Below are positions 1 to 8,450 of a stretch of DNA of 24,804 nucleotides, one piece after another (position 1 is the stretch's first letter; each line of letters starts with the position of its first letter). Made by a program: the position numbers and the translations under genes. The stretch is from Pseudomonadota bacterium (GTDB lineage: Bacteria; Pseudomonadota; Alphaproteobacteria; Rhodobacterales; Rhodobacteraceae). The stretch spans positions 1 to 24,804 of the forward strand of contig JBJOQI010000093.1 in the NCBI GenBank assembly GCA_046050045.1. The letters run 5' to 3'. The notes beneath the pieces were generated by a model. That model saw only the letters and a list, made by a program, of their open reading frames with translations. It was not told the DNA's origin and ran no database searches.

Positions 1-732
1 TCGACGGCCGTGACCGGCCTTCTGCGCTACAAGATGCCGTCGAACTTCTCGGTCTATGGCGGCCTGCGGGCCGAGTCGGTGACGGGCGAGGTTTCGATCC
101 CGGTCTTCGGCGGCTACACCATGTCGACGGCCCGCGACACCCAGGTCGGCTACGTTGTCGGCGCATCCTGGGAAAAGCCGGAAATCGCGGCACGGGTTGC
201 GCTGACCTACAATTCGGCGATCACGCACACGCTTGACTCGACCGAATTCGGCGCGATCCCGGGGCAGTTCGACACGACCGTGCCGCAGTCGGTGAACCTC
301 GAGTTCCAGACCGGCATCGCCAAGGACACGCTGTTGTTCGGCTCGGTCCGCTGGGTCGACTGGTCGGAATTCGACATCACGCCCACGACCTTCACCACGG
401 CCGTCGTGCCCGGTGAATCGCTCGTGGACTATGACGAGGACACGATCACCTACAACCTCGGCATCGGTCGCCGGTTCAACGAAAACTGGTCGGGCGCGAT
501 CACTGTCGGCTACGAGGCGGCTGGCGGCGGCACCGTGGGCAACCTCGGTCCCACCGACGGTTTCACCAGCGTGGGCGTCGGGGCGACCTACACCAAGGGC
601 AACATGAAGATCACCGGCGGCGTGCGCTACGTCGAGATCGGCGATGCGCTGACCGTGATCGGGCCGTCGAACGGCGTGTTCTCGGGCAACTCGGCCATCG
701 GAGCCGGCGTGAAGATCGGCTTCACGTTCTGA
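1..732 (+). CDS. Outer-membrane beta-barrel transporter, FadL/OmpP1/TodX-like (3' part; start lies upstream of the window)
   Basis: Frame open from base 1 to TGA at 730-732. Alternating amphipathic beta-strand pattern (e.g. ITYNLGIGRRF, WSGAITVGYE) and terminal Phe (KIGFTF) typical of BAM substrates. Followed by a terminator. Confidence 0.75.
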   Translation, partial: STAVTGLLRYKMPSNFSVYGGLRAESVTGEVSIPVFGGYTMSTARDTQVGYVVGASWEKPEIAARVALTYNSAITHTLDSTEFGAIPGQFDTTVPQSVNLEFQTGIAKDTLLFGSVRWVDWSEFDITPTTFTTAVVPGESLVDYDEDTITYNLGIGRRFNENWSGAITVGYEAAGGGTVGNLGPTDGFTSVGVGATYTKGNMKITGGVRYVEIGDALTVIGPSNGVFSGNSAIGAGVKIGFTF

Positions 733-747
733 TTGCAGTGATTGTCG

Positions 748-784
748 GAGGGGCCCTGCCATTTGGCGGGGCCCTTCGCTTTTG
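748..784 (+). terminator. Intrinsic terminator after the outer-membrane protein gene
   Basis: Stem GAGGGGCCC-T-GCCA-TT-TGGC-G-GGGCCCTTC followed by GCTTTTG. Confidence 0.75.
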
Positions 785-856
785 TGGCGACCGGCACGGC
801 CCCATCCCGCAAGAAACGGGTGGTCTTCGGTCGAGGGCGCAGATAGCGTCCGCGCC

Positions 857-1780
857 ATGACATCCCGCAGCCAGACCACGATCAGCCCACTCGCCTGGGC
901 GCTTCTCTTCCTGCTTGCCTTCATCTGGGGCGGATCCTTCCTGTCCAACAGGGCCGCGGTCGCGCATGTGCCGGTCTTCACCGTCGTCGCCTTTCGGGTC
1001 GGCGGCGCGGCGCTAGCCCTTTGGGCCTATGTGCTGCTGCGCCGCCTGCCCTTGCCCCCACGCAACCGCCTTGCGAGCCTGCTGGTCGTGGGCGTCACCA
1101 ACAACGTCATTCCCTTCTCGCTGATCGTCTGGGGGCAGCAGCACATTCCTTCCGGCCTTGCCGGGATCCTCAATGCCTCGACCGCAATCTTTACCGTTTT
1201 GCTTGCTGCGGCGATCTTTCCGGACGAACGCCTGACCGCCCGCAAGGCCGCCGGTGTCGCAATCGGGTTTCTCGGCGTCGTGGTGGCCATCGGGCCATCG
1301 GAACTTCGCGCACTTGATCTGACATCGCTCGGGCAACTCGCCATTGTGGCGGCAGCGGCCTTCTATGCCATCTCTGGCACGTTCGCGCGTGGCGCCCTGA
1401 CCGGCCTTCGCCCCGAAGTCAGCGCGGCCGGGACGCTTGCCGGGGCGGCGATGGTGATGCTGCCACTCGCCGTCTGGATCGACGGCCCCCCGACGCTCGA
1501 CTATCCGCCGTCGTCCTGGGCGGCGATGGCTTACCTTGCGCTGGTCGCATCGGCCTTTGCCTACATGCTGTTCTATGTCGTCCTGCAACGCGCCGGGGCC
1601 GGTAACCTGAGCCTCGTGACCCTGATGGTCGCCCCTGTCGCGATGCTTCTGGGCAGCCTTGTCTATGGCGAGGCGCTGCGCGGTGCCGAGTATGCCGGCT
1701 TTGCCCTTCTGGCGCTGGGCCTCATGGTTCTGGACGGCCGCGTCCTTCGCCTGTTCCGGATCCCCGCAGAATCCGCGTGA
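857..1780 (+). CDS. DMT/EamA family transporter
   Basis: About 10 hydrophobic helices in two repeats; EamA-like motifs IWGGSF, NNVIPFSLIVWGQQHIPSGLAGILNA, LALVASAFAYMLF. ATG at 857 chosen because the upstream extension is non-hydrophobic. Confidence 0.88.
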   Translation: MTSRSQTTISPLAWALLFLLAFIWGGSFLSNRAAVAHVPVFTVVAFRVGGAALALWAYVLLRRLPLPPRNRLASLLVVGVTNNVIPFSLIVWGQQHIPSGLAGILNASTAIFTVLLAAAIFPDERLTARKAAGVAIGFLGVVVAIGPSELRALDLTSLGQLAIVAAAAFYAISGTFARGALTGLRPEVSAAGTLAGAAMVMLPLAVWIDGPPTLDYPPSSWAAMAYLALVASAFAYMLFYVVLQRAGAGNLSLVTLMVAPVAMLLGSLVYGEALRGAEYAGFALLALGLMVLDGRVLRLFRIPAESA

Positions 1781-1824
1781 ATTTTCCGCCGCTTCCCGTT
1801 ACGCAGACGCAAAACGAGGACGGC

Positions 1825-2688
1825 ATGATCTACGCATCCGCAGATGACTGGCTGAACGCCCCGAAGAAGCGCGTGCTTCTGTTCGGCATGTCGGGGCTTG
1901 GCAAGACGCATGTCTCGAACATCCTGCGCGACGGCGGGCAGTGGTTCCACTACTCGATCGATTACCGCATCGGCACCCGCTACATGGGCGAGCACATCGC
2001 CGACAACTTCAAGCGCGAGGCGATGAAGGTTCCGCTGCTGCGCGAGCTTCTGATGCAGGACGCCGTCCACATCACATCGAACATCACTTTCAACAACCTC
2101 TCGCCGCTCTCGACCTACCTCGGCAAGCCTGGCAACCCCGCGAAGGGGGGGCTGAGCTTCGACGAATACCTGCGCCGTCAGGACCAGCACCGCGAGGCCG
2201 AGATCGCCTCGCTTCTCGATACCCCGCGCTTTGCCGAACGGGCCGAGGAACTCTACGGCTACCCGCATTTCGTCTGCGACAGCGGCGGCTCGATATGCGA
2301 GGTCGTGGACCCCCTGAACCCCGCCGACCCGATCCTTCAGCGGCTGTCGGCTTCCGTGCTTCTGGTCTGGATCAAGGGGTCCGAGGCCCATACCGCCGAA
2401 CTGATCCGTCGCTTCGACCGCGCACCGAAGCCCATGTATTACCAACCCGCCTTCCTGAGGGCCGCGTGGGAGCAATACCTGCGGCAAGAGGGTCTGGCCG
2501 AGGGAACGGTCGACCCCGATGCCTTCGTCCGCTGGACCTATGCCCGGGCACTGGCCCACCGCCAGCCCCGCTACCAGCAGATGGCCGAGAAATGGGGCGT
2601 GACCGTCACCGCCGAGGATGTCGGGCGGGTGCACAACACCCAGGACTTCGAGGCGCTGATCGCCCGTGCCCTTGCTGCCCGGACCTGA
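1825..2688 (+). CDS. Uncharacterised P-loop NTPase with a nucleotide/shikimate-kinase-like layout
   Basis: N-terminal Walker A GMSGLGKT after the strand RVLLF; later CDSGGS motif; GAGGA RBS before ATG 1825 (alternative GTG at 1777). Confidence 0.8.
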   Translation: MIYASADDWLNAPKKRVLLFGMSGLGKTHVSNILRDGGQWFHYSIDYRIGTRYMGEHIADNFKREAMKVPLLRELLMQDAVHITSNITFNNLSPLSTYLGKPGNPAKGGLSFDEYLRRQDQHREAEIASLLDTPRFAERAEELYGYPHFVCDSGGSICEVVDPLNPADPILQRLSASVLLVWIKGSEAHTAELIRRFDRAPKPMYYQPAFLRAAWEQYLRQEGLAEGTVDPDAFVRWTYARALAHRQPRYQQMAEKWGVTVTAEDVGRVHNTQDFEALIARALAART

Positions 2689-2729
2689 CGCGCCTACCTG
2701 ACAGCTTCCACTGACCCGGAACCCCGACA

Positions 2730-3650
2730 ATGCCCATAACCCTGCCTGCGAACCTTCCAGCCTTCGAGGTCCTCTCGAAGGAGGGCGTCATGGTGATGAC
2801 GCCCGACCGGGCCGCGCATCAGGACATTCGTCCCATCCGGATCGGGCTTCTCAACCTGATGCCCAAGAAGATCCAGACCGAGAACCAGTTCGCCCGGCTG
2901 ATCGGTGCGACGCCGCTGCAGATCGACTTCCAGCTGATCCGCATGACCGAGCACCAGACCCGCAATACTGCAGCGGAACACATGGAGACCTTCTACCGCC
3001 CCTTCGCCGAGGTGCTGGACTCAGGCGAGAAACTGGATGGCCTGATCATCACCGGAGCCCCGATCGAGCACCTGCCCTATGAAGAGGTCACCTACTGGGA
3101 TGAACTGCGCCGGGTCATGGACTGGACTCAGACCCATGTTCATTCCACGTTCGGCGTCTGCTGGGGCGGCATGGCGATGGCCTACCACTTCCACGGCGTC
3201 CCGAAACACGCGCTTGACCACAAGGCCTTCGGCTGCTTCCGCCACCAGAACCTCGCGCCCGCTTCGCCCTTCCTGCGCGGGTTCTCGGACGATTTCGTGA
3301 TGCCCGTCAGCCGCTGGACAGAGCTTCGTCAGAGTGACATCGACCGCGCGGGGCTGAAAACGCTTCTCACCTCGGCCGATACCGGCCCCTGCCTGGTGGA
3401 TGACCCCTGCCACCGCGCGCTCTACATCGTGAACCACCTCGAATACGACAGCGAGACGCTGAAGCAGGAATACGACCGCGACATCGCGAACGGCACGCCG
3501 ATCAACGTGCCGATCAACTACTACCCTGACGATGACCCGAGTCGCCCGCCGACGAACCGCTGGCGCAGCCACGCGCATCTGCTTTACGGCAACTGGATCA
3601 ACGAGATCTACCAGACCACGCCGTTTGATCTGAATGAGATTGGTCGCTAG
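2730..3650 (+). CDS. metA: Homoserine O-acyltransferase, MetA family (probably acetyl-CoA dependent)
   Basis: Motifs [24 protein letters not shown], catalytic VCWG (Cys144), [20 protein letters not shown]. Confidence 0.96.
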   Translation: MPITLPANLPAFEVLSKEGVMVMTPDRAAHQDIRPIRIGLLNLMPKKIQTENQFARLIGATPLQIDFQLIRMTEHQTRNTAAEHMETFYRPFAEVLDSGEKLDGLIITGAPIEHLPYEEVTYWDELRRVMDWTQTHVHSTFGVCWGGMAMAYHFHGVPKHALDHKAFGCFRHQNLAPASPFLRGFSDDFVMPVSRWTELRQSDIDRAGLKTLLTSADTGPCLVDDPCHRALYIVNHLEYDSETLKQEYDRDIANGTPINVPINYYPDDDPSRPPTNRWRSHAHLLYGNWINEIYQTTPFDLNEIGR

Positions 3651-4587
3651 CCTCGCCCTGATCCTTGCGCTTGGCGCGGGCGCGACCGTCTGGCGCGCGG
3701 CTGCTGTCACCCGCACGGCCGAGGCGGCTTTCCCCCCGGAAGGCCAGTTCGTGACCGTGAACGGTGCCCAGGTCCACGCCGTTGTCGCGGGCACGGGGCC
3801 GGATGTTGTCCTGATCCACGGCGCGTCGGGATCGGCGCGCGACTTTACCTTCAGCCTGCTTCCCCGGCTTGCGCGCGACTATCGCGTGATTGCCTTCGAC
3901 CGGCCCGGGTTCGGCTGGTCGGATGCCATCTCTGGCGGCGAGGCGCTGGCTCCGCAAGCCACTACATTGGCCGACGCGGCCCGTTTGCTCGGGGCAGAGC
4001 GTCCCGTCGTTGTCGGGCACAGTTATGGCGGCGCGGTCGCGCTCAACTGGGCCGTGACGCGCCCTGACGACATCTCGGCCCTTGTCCTGCTGGCCTCGCC
4101 CTCGCACGAATGGGAGGGTGGGCTGCCGCTCTACTATCAACTGACCTCTCCACCCCTGGCCGGTCGTGTTGCCCGCACGCTGATCGAGGCCTGGGTGCCA
4201 GAGCGGTTGGTCGTCGGCGGGACCCGTGCCGTCTTTGCCCCCGATGCCATGCCCGCGGGCTATCCCGGTCACTTCGGCCCGCGGATGTCGCTGCGCGAAA
4301 ACACAGCCCGCGTGAATGCCAGGCAGCGCGCGATCCTCAAGGACCAGATCCGCGCCATGGTTCCGGCCTACCCCGTCATCGACATTCCGGTCGAGATCCT
4401 GCACGGCGCCGCGGACGCGACCGTCTTTGCCGACATCCACAGCAAACGACTTGCAACCGAAGTCGAGCAAGCGGTGCTGCACATGCTGCCAGGTCACGGT
4501 CACATGATCCAGCACACCGCCGAGGATGAGGTGGTCGCCGCCATTTCCCGCGCCGTTGCCCGCGCCGCGCGAGGCCCTGACAACTGA
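3634..4587 (+). CDS. Alpha/beta hydrolase with N-terminal signal or anchor sequence
   Basis: HGASGS oxyanion motif, FDRPGFGWS, nucleophile GHSYGG, HGAAD, GHGHM. Hydrophobic N-terminus [17 protein letters not shown]. Overlaps the metA 3' end by 17 bp. Confidence 0.88.
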   Translation: MRLVASLALILALGAGATVWRAAAVTRTAEAAFPPEGQFVTVNGAQVHAVVAGTGPDVVLIHGASGSARDFTFSLLPRLARDYRVIAFDRPGFGWSDAISGGEALAPQATTLADAARLLGAERPVVVGHSYGGAVALNWAVTRPDDISALVLLASPSHEWEGGLPLYYQLTSPPLAGRVARTLIEAWVPERLVVGGTRAVFAPDAMPAGYPGHFGPRMSLRENTARVNARQRAILKDQIRAMVPAYPVIDIPVEILHGAADATVFADIHSKRLATEVEQAVLHMLPGHGHMIQHTAEDEVVAAISRAVARAARGPDN

Positions 4588-4616
4588 TTGCGCGGCCAGG
4601 CAAGGCAGTCGATACT
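4588..4616 (+). promoter_or_regulatory. Putative sigma70 promoter of ppk2
   Basis: TTGCGC-N17-GATACT upstream of GGAGG RBS and ATG 4651. Confidence 0.4.
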
Positions 4617-4650
4617 TGGGTACCAGGGACCAGTTAAACCGGAGGGAACA

Positions 4651-5595
4651 ATGGGCAAGTCGAAGAACAAGGACGAAAAGCCGGCAAAACCGGACAGTGC
4701 CCAACCTGCTGCCGCCCCGGCGCCAGATCCCACCAAGATTCCTTTTGTGGGTGACATCACGGCGTTTTTCGAAACCGAAGCGCCAAAGGAAATCCGCGAG
4801 GCGATCCTCAAGGCCGACAAGGACGACATCCTGTCGAAGGACTATCCCTACCGCGAGGAACTGGCCAACGACGACGAAGACGCAATCATGGAGAAGCTCC
4901 AGCTTGAACTCGTCAAGCTGCACTTCGACGTAAAAGCCACCGGCAAGCGGCTGGTGATCCTGTTTGAAGGCCGCGACGCAGCCGGCAAGGGTGGCACGAT
5001 CGAGCGGGTGCGCGAAAACATGAACCCCCGCGTCGCGCAGGTCGTGGCCCTGCCCAAACCCTCGGAACGCGAGGCGGCGCAATGGTATTTCCAGCGCTAT
5101 ATCGACTGGCTGCCCGCGAAAGGTGAAATCGTGCTGTTCGACCGCAGTTGGTACAATCGTGGCGTAGTCGAGCAGGTCTTCGGATTTTGTACCCCCGAGC
5201 AGCGCAAGTTGTTCTTCCGGCAGCTGCCCGACTTTGAACGCATGATCCAGGACGAGGGGATTACCTTGGTCAAGCTATGGCTTTCGGTTGGCCGGGCCGA
5301 ACAGCTCAAGCGCTTCCTCGACCGCGAAAAAGACCCGCTGAAGCAATGGAAACTCAGCTGGATCGACGTCGAGGGCCTGAAGAAGTGGGACGAATACACC
5401 TCCGCCATCGCCGAGACGATGGAGAAGACGCACACCAAGCACGCGCCCTGGACTGTCATCCTGTCGGATGACAAGGCGCGCGCCCGGATTGCGGCCATCC
5501 AGACCGTGCTGGGTGCGGTGGACTACGCAGGCAAGGACAGAAAGGCCATCGGCAAGATCGACGGCAAGATCTGCGGAGGCCCCGACCTTCTCTGA
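4651..5595 (+). CDS. ppk2: Polyphosphate kinase 2 (class I-like)
   Basis: [10 protein letters not shown] Walker [21 protein letters not shown]; GGAGGG RBS before ATG 4651. Confidence 0.95.
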   Translation: MGKSKNKDEKPAKPDSAQPAAAPAPDPTKIPFVGDITAFFETEAPKEIREAILKADKDDILSKDYPYREELANDDEDAIMEKLQLELVKLHFDVKATGKRLVILFEGRDAAGKGGTIERVRENMNPRVAQVVALPKPSEREAAQWYFQRYIDWLPAKGEIVLFDRSWYNRGVVEQVFGFCTPEQRKLFFRQLPDFERMIQDEGITLVKLWLSVGRAEQLKRFLDREKDPLKQWKLSWIDVEGLKKWDEYTSAIAETMEKTHTKHAPWTVILSDDKARARIAAIQTVLGAVDYAGKDRKAIGKIDGKICGGPDLL

Positions 5596-6203
5596 TGGCA
5601 AAGCAGGGCTACCATCACGGCAACCTCAAGCAGGCGCTTGTCGATGCAGCGCTGACCCTGATCGAGGCGCAGGGGCCTCAGGGATTCACCCTGTCTGATG
5701 CTGCAAAGTCGGCGGGCGTGACTCCGGCCGCAGTCTATCGCCACTTTGCCGGCCGCGAGGATCTGATCGCCGAATGCGCGCGGCAGGGCTTCGATATCTT
5801 CGCCGACCTGATGGAACATGCCTACGCGGGCGGCAAACCCTCGGCGCTGGCGGCGTTCGAGGCCACGGGACGCGCCTATCTGGCCTTTGCCCGCAAGTTC
5901 CCGGGCCACTACAAGGCCATGTTTGAAAGCGGCATCTCGCTGAACAGCAGCCCTGCCCTCGCCCACGCCGCCGAACGGTCGCGCAGCGTCTTTACCCGCG
6001 CGGCCGAGGCGCTGTCCAAGCACATTCCGGTTGACCGCCGCCCCCCGCCGGCAATGTTCGCCGCGCATATCTGGGCGATGTCCCATGGCGTCGTCGAGCT
6101 GTTCACCCGCGGCGCACGTTCGCCATTTCCGCCAGAGGATCTGCTTGAATCGGGAATAGGGATCTATCTGCGCGGTCTCGGCCTGCTGCCACCGGACAGC
6201 TGA
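5595..6203 (+). CDS. TetR/AcrR family transcriptional regulator
   Basis: YHHGNLKQALVDAAL and TLSDAAKSAGVTPAAVYRHFAGREDL helix-turn-helix; start overlaps the ppk2 stop (TGATG). Confidence 0.93.
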   Translation: MAKQGYHHGNLKQALVDAALTLIEAQGPQGFTLSDAAKSAGVTPAAVYRHFAGREDLIAECARQGFDIFADLMEHAYAGGKPSALAAFEATGRAYLAFARKFPGHYKAMFESGISLNSSPALAHAAERSRSVFTRAAEALSKHIPVDRRPPPAMFAAHIWAMSHGVVELFTRGARSPFPPEDLLESGIGIYLRGLGLLPPDS

Positions 6204-6207
6204 GACC

Positions 6208-7617
6208 TTACATCGCAAGATCGCCGGACGGGTTGTCGAGCAGACGCGCCAGCGTATTCATCGCGCCTTCGAAGCGCTCGATCGTGACATTTCCGGCAAG
6301 CGCGATGCGGACGGCATTCGGGGCATGTCCATCGACCAGTGCATATTCGTCAGCCGAGCGGATCAGGACGCCAAGCCCCTCTGCCTGCCGCGTGAACGTC
6401 GAGGCACGCCATCCAGACGGAAGCCGAAGCCACAGGAAGGAAAGCCCGGGCTGCCAGGTCACCTGATAGCGGCCAAGCGCATTCAGCGCGATCTGCAGCC
6501 GACGCGCAAAGTCCTCGCGCACGGCCAGTTTCAGCCGTTGGGCATCGCCCGATTGCATGAGCTCTTCCACAATATCCGCAAGGGGCCGGGACAGACCGAA
6601 GAAGCCATGCTGCAGGGCGACCCGCGCGGCCTCGCCCAGACCGGCCGGGGCGACAATGGCACCAAAGCGCAGACCCGCGGCAATCGACTTGGACAGGCTT
6701 GCGAGATGCCAGGTCCGTTCCGGCGCGACCGCCCGCAGCGACGGGATCACGGCATCAGCGACAGAGTAGCAATCGTCCTCGATGATCTGCAGGTCATGCG
6801 TCCGCGCCACGCGCACGATTTCCGCGCGTCGTTCCGGGGGCATGCGGACGGCGGTCGGGTTCTGCGCCTCTGGCGTCAGACAGACGACCCGGCCGCCAGT
6901 CTTGCGACACGCGGCATCAAGCGCATCGGCGCGCATACCGAAATCATCCATGGCGATCGGAACCACTTCACCGCGGTTCAGACGGATCGCATGGCGAAAA
7001 CCCGGATAGGTCAGCTCTTCGCAGAAGACCGCGGGCCTGTCGCCCCGCAGACAGATCTGCAACGCCGTCACAATGGCATTCTGCCCGCCGAAGGTCAGTG
7101 CGATGTCATCGGCCCCCACGGCCCCAAGTGCGCGGTCCGACAGCCAGTCGGCCATCAGACTGCGAAGCGCACGGTCCTGCTTCAGGCTCGGATACCCCAG
7201 ATACTCCTGATCCACCCGGTCGGCCACGCGATGCAGCGCGGCGCTGATCGCGGCCGTCTGGCCGACATCGGGCAGGCTGGGCGAACGCATGTCGATAGCA
7301 GGCGCGCCAGCACGCGTGACGTCCCGCGCCTCGACATGCAGCGGCTCGACCGGACCAAGCTTGGCTGTCCGGGCCGCGACGAAGGTGCCCCGACCCACAA
7401 CCGCTTCCAGCAATCCGTCCTGCGTGCCGATCTGGTAGGCCCGCGCGACCGTGCCGGGCGTGACGCCCAGACGCCAGGCGAGATCGCGCACGGGGGGCAA
7501 TTGCGTGCCCTCTGGCAAGTCGCCGCGGCGGACCGCGTCCCGCAGCGCCCGTGACAGGGCGAGGTATTTGGGCCCCTGCCCGCCAGTCAACGACGGTTGC
7601 CAACTTGTATCGGTCAC
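6208..7617 (-). CDS. MocR/GabR-type regulator (GntR HTH plus PLP-dependent aminotransferase-like domain)
   Basis: LPPVRDLAWRLGVTPGTVARAY winged HTH; EELTYPG, NPTA, IIEDDCY, and SLSKSIAAGLRFG with the PLP lysine. GTG start at 7617 inferred. Confidence 0.92.
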   Translation of the reverse strand: MTDTSWQPSLTGGQGPKYLALSRALRDAVRRGDLPEGTQLPPVRDLAWRLGVTPGTVARAYQIGTQDGLLEAVVGRGTFVAARTAKLGPVEPLHVEARDVTRAGAPAIDMRSPSLPDVGQTAAISAALHRVADRVDQEYLGYPSLKQDRALRSLMADWLSDRALGAVGADDIALTFGGQNAIVTALQICLRGDRPAVFCEELTYPGFRHAIRLNRGEVVPIAMDDFGMRADALDAACRKTGGRVVCLTPEAQNPTAVRMPPERRAEIVRVARTHDLQIIEDDCYSVADAVIPSLRAVAPERTWHLASLSKSIAAGLRFGAIVAPAGLGEAARVALQHGFFGLSRPLADIVEELMQSGDAQRLKLAVREDFARRLQIALNALGRYQVTWQPGLSFLWLRLPSGWRASTFTRQAEGLGVLIRSADEYALVDGHAPNAVRIALAGNVTIERFEGAMNTLARLLDNPSGDLAM

Positions 7618-7687
7618 AATGTTCCCGTGGACGCTTTGTATCGCTCTTTGTATCAATACTCGTACAGCAGTAACAGATTCGTATCAA
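7605..7687. promoter_or_regulatory. Overlapping divergent promoters with four (T/C)GTATC repeats, candidate MocR operator
   Basis: Repeats at 7606, 7637, 7649 and 7680. Plus strand TTGTAT(7648)-N17-TAACAG(7671). Minus strand TTGATA(7687-7682)-N17-TACGAG(7664-7659). Confidence 0.65.
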
Positions 7688-7710
7688 CACAAAACGTGAG
7701 GTGAACCATC

Positions 7711-7920
7711 ATGACCCTTGATCGCTCGCTCCTTTCCCTCCCTGGTTTCCTGAACCCGGTCGCAGTGGTGAAGACGCTTGTCGGGATTGTGTCGAACTGG
7801 TCGGTTCGCCGCTCGCAGCGTCATGCGCTCGCCAGGCTTGACGATCACCTGCTGCAGGACATCGGCCTGACGACCGTTCAGGCCCGCGATGAGGCGCTGA
7901 AGCACTTCTGGCTGGAATAG
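7711..7920 (+). CDS. DUF1127 (YjiS-like) small protein
   Basis: 69 aa with the signature WSVRRSQRHALARLDDHLLQDIGLT..A..EA.K.FW; GAGGTG RBS. Confidence 0.92.
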   Translation: MTLDRSLLSLPGFLNPVAVVKTLVGIVSNWSVRRSQRHALARLDDHLLQDIGLTTVQARDEALKHFWLE

Positions 7921-7933
7921 CAGCGGCTTACCT

Positions 7934-7966
7934 GGTCCGCCCACTTCCCCGGGCGAACCACTTCCT
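7934..7966 (+). ncRNA. Candidate structured 3'-UTR element or 3'-derived sRNA with two CCACTTCC motifs
   Basis: Hairpin GGTCCGCCC/GGGCGAACC (one mismatch) with loop ACTTCCCC; second CCACTTCC at 7958-7965 just before the terminator. Confidence 0.35.
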
Positions 7967-7992
7967 GGCCGGGCCTCGTGCCCGGCCTTTTT
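7967..7992 (+). terminator. Intrinsic terminator after the DUF1127 gene
   Basis: GGCCGGGC-CTCGT-GCCCGGCC followed by TTTTT. Confidence 0.88.
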
Positions 7993-8006
7993 CGTGCGGT
8001 CTCCGC

Positions 8007-8273
8007 CTACATCAGAGCAGGATCGCCGATGACATCCTCGACATCGATCCGCCGGCGGTTCAGTTCGCTTTGCAGCGCGGGCACGACGCGGCGCTGACCC
8101 ACGGCAAACCGCAGCACATCCCCAAGGACGCTGTCGTTGACCGTCGTGGCCACCCGCCAGATCATGCGGCGGGCGCGGCCATCGTCATACACGATCTCGG
8201 TCACACCAGAGCGCATACGCAGGCCAAGGAAATCGGAACGCCCGAGGGCGCTGTGAAAAGATTGTGTGGGCAT
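8007..8273 (-). CDS. Small hypothetical protein (88 aa)
   Basis: Fills the gap between two terminators. ATG at 8273 (MPTQSFHSALGRSDFLGLRMRSGVTEIVYDDGRARRMIWRV), with globular alpha/beta-like composition. Confidence 0.65.
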   Translation of the reverse strand: MPTQSFHSALGRSDFLGLRMRSGVTEIVYDDGRARRMIWRVATTVNDSVLGDVLRFAVGQRRVVPALQSELNRRRIDVEDVIGDPALM

Positions 8274-8404
8274 TGTTTTGCTCGATTGTTCTGCCTCTGT
8301 GGGCGAAACATGGGACAATCTGCAGGCCCGCGTCAATCAAAGCCTGATCACATTGGCGAAACCAAGGACGAGCGAGTCCCCGCTGCAACAGCGGCCCGAA
8401 AATG

Positions 8405-8432
8405 AAAAGGGCCGCCAGACGGCGGCCCTTTC
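8405..8432 (-). terminator. Intrinsic terminator of rplM-rpsI
   Basis: Minus strand GAAAGGGCCGCC-GTCT-GGCGGCCCTTTT, just after the rpsI stop. Confidence 0.88.
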
Positions 8433-8450
8433 TGCATGTCTGGTTCCGGA

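Noticed and set aside
844-859. Leaderless transcription of the DMT gene (TAGCGT 7 nt before the ATG, no Shine-Dalgarno)
   Set aside because: No convincing -35 element; too weak without TSS data.
733-2729. Possible SAM riboswitch controlling metA
   Set aside because: The gap directly before metA is only 41 bp, and neither it nor 733-856 shows a SAM-II or SAM/SAH-like pattern by eye. An Rfam scan would settle it.
7676-7680. GANTC (CcrM-type methylation) site in the mocR/DUF1127 promoter overlap
   Set aside because: A single 5-mer can occur by chance; no supporting evidence for regulation.
7934-7992. Canonical cuckoo (CcsR) sRNA array
   Set aside because: No CCTCCTCCC motifs and no tandem units. 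Kept only as a variant candidate in the findings.
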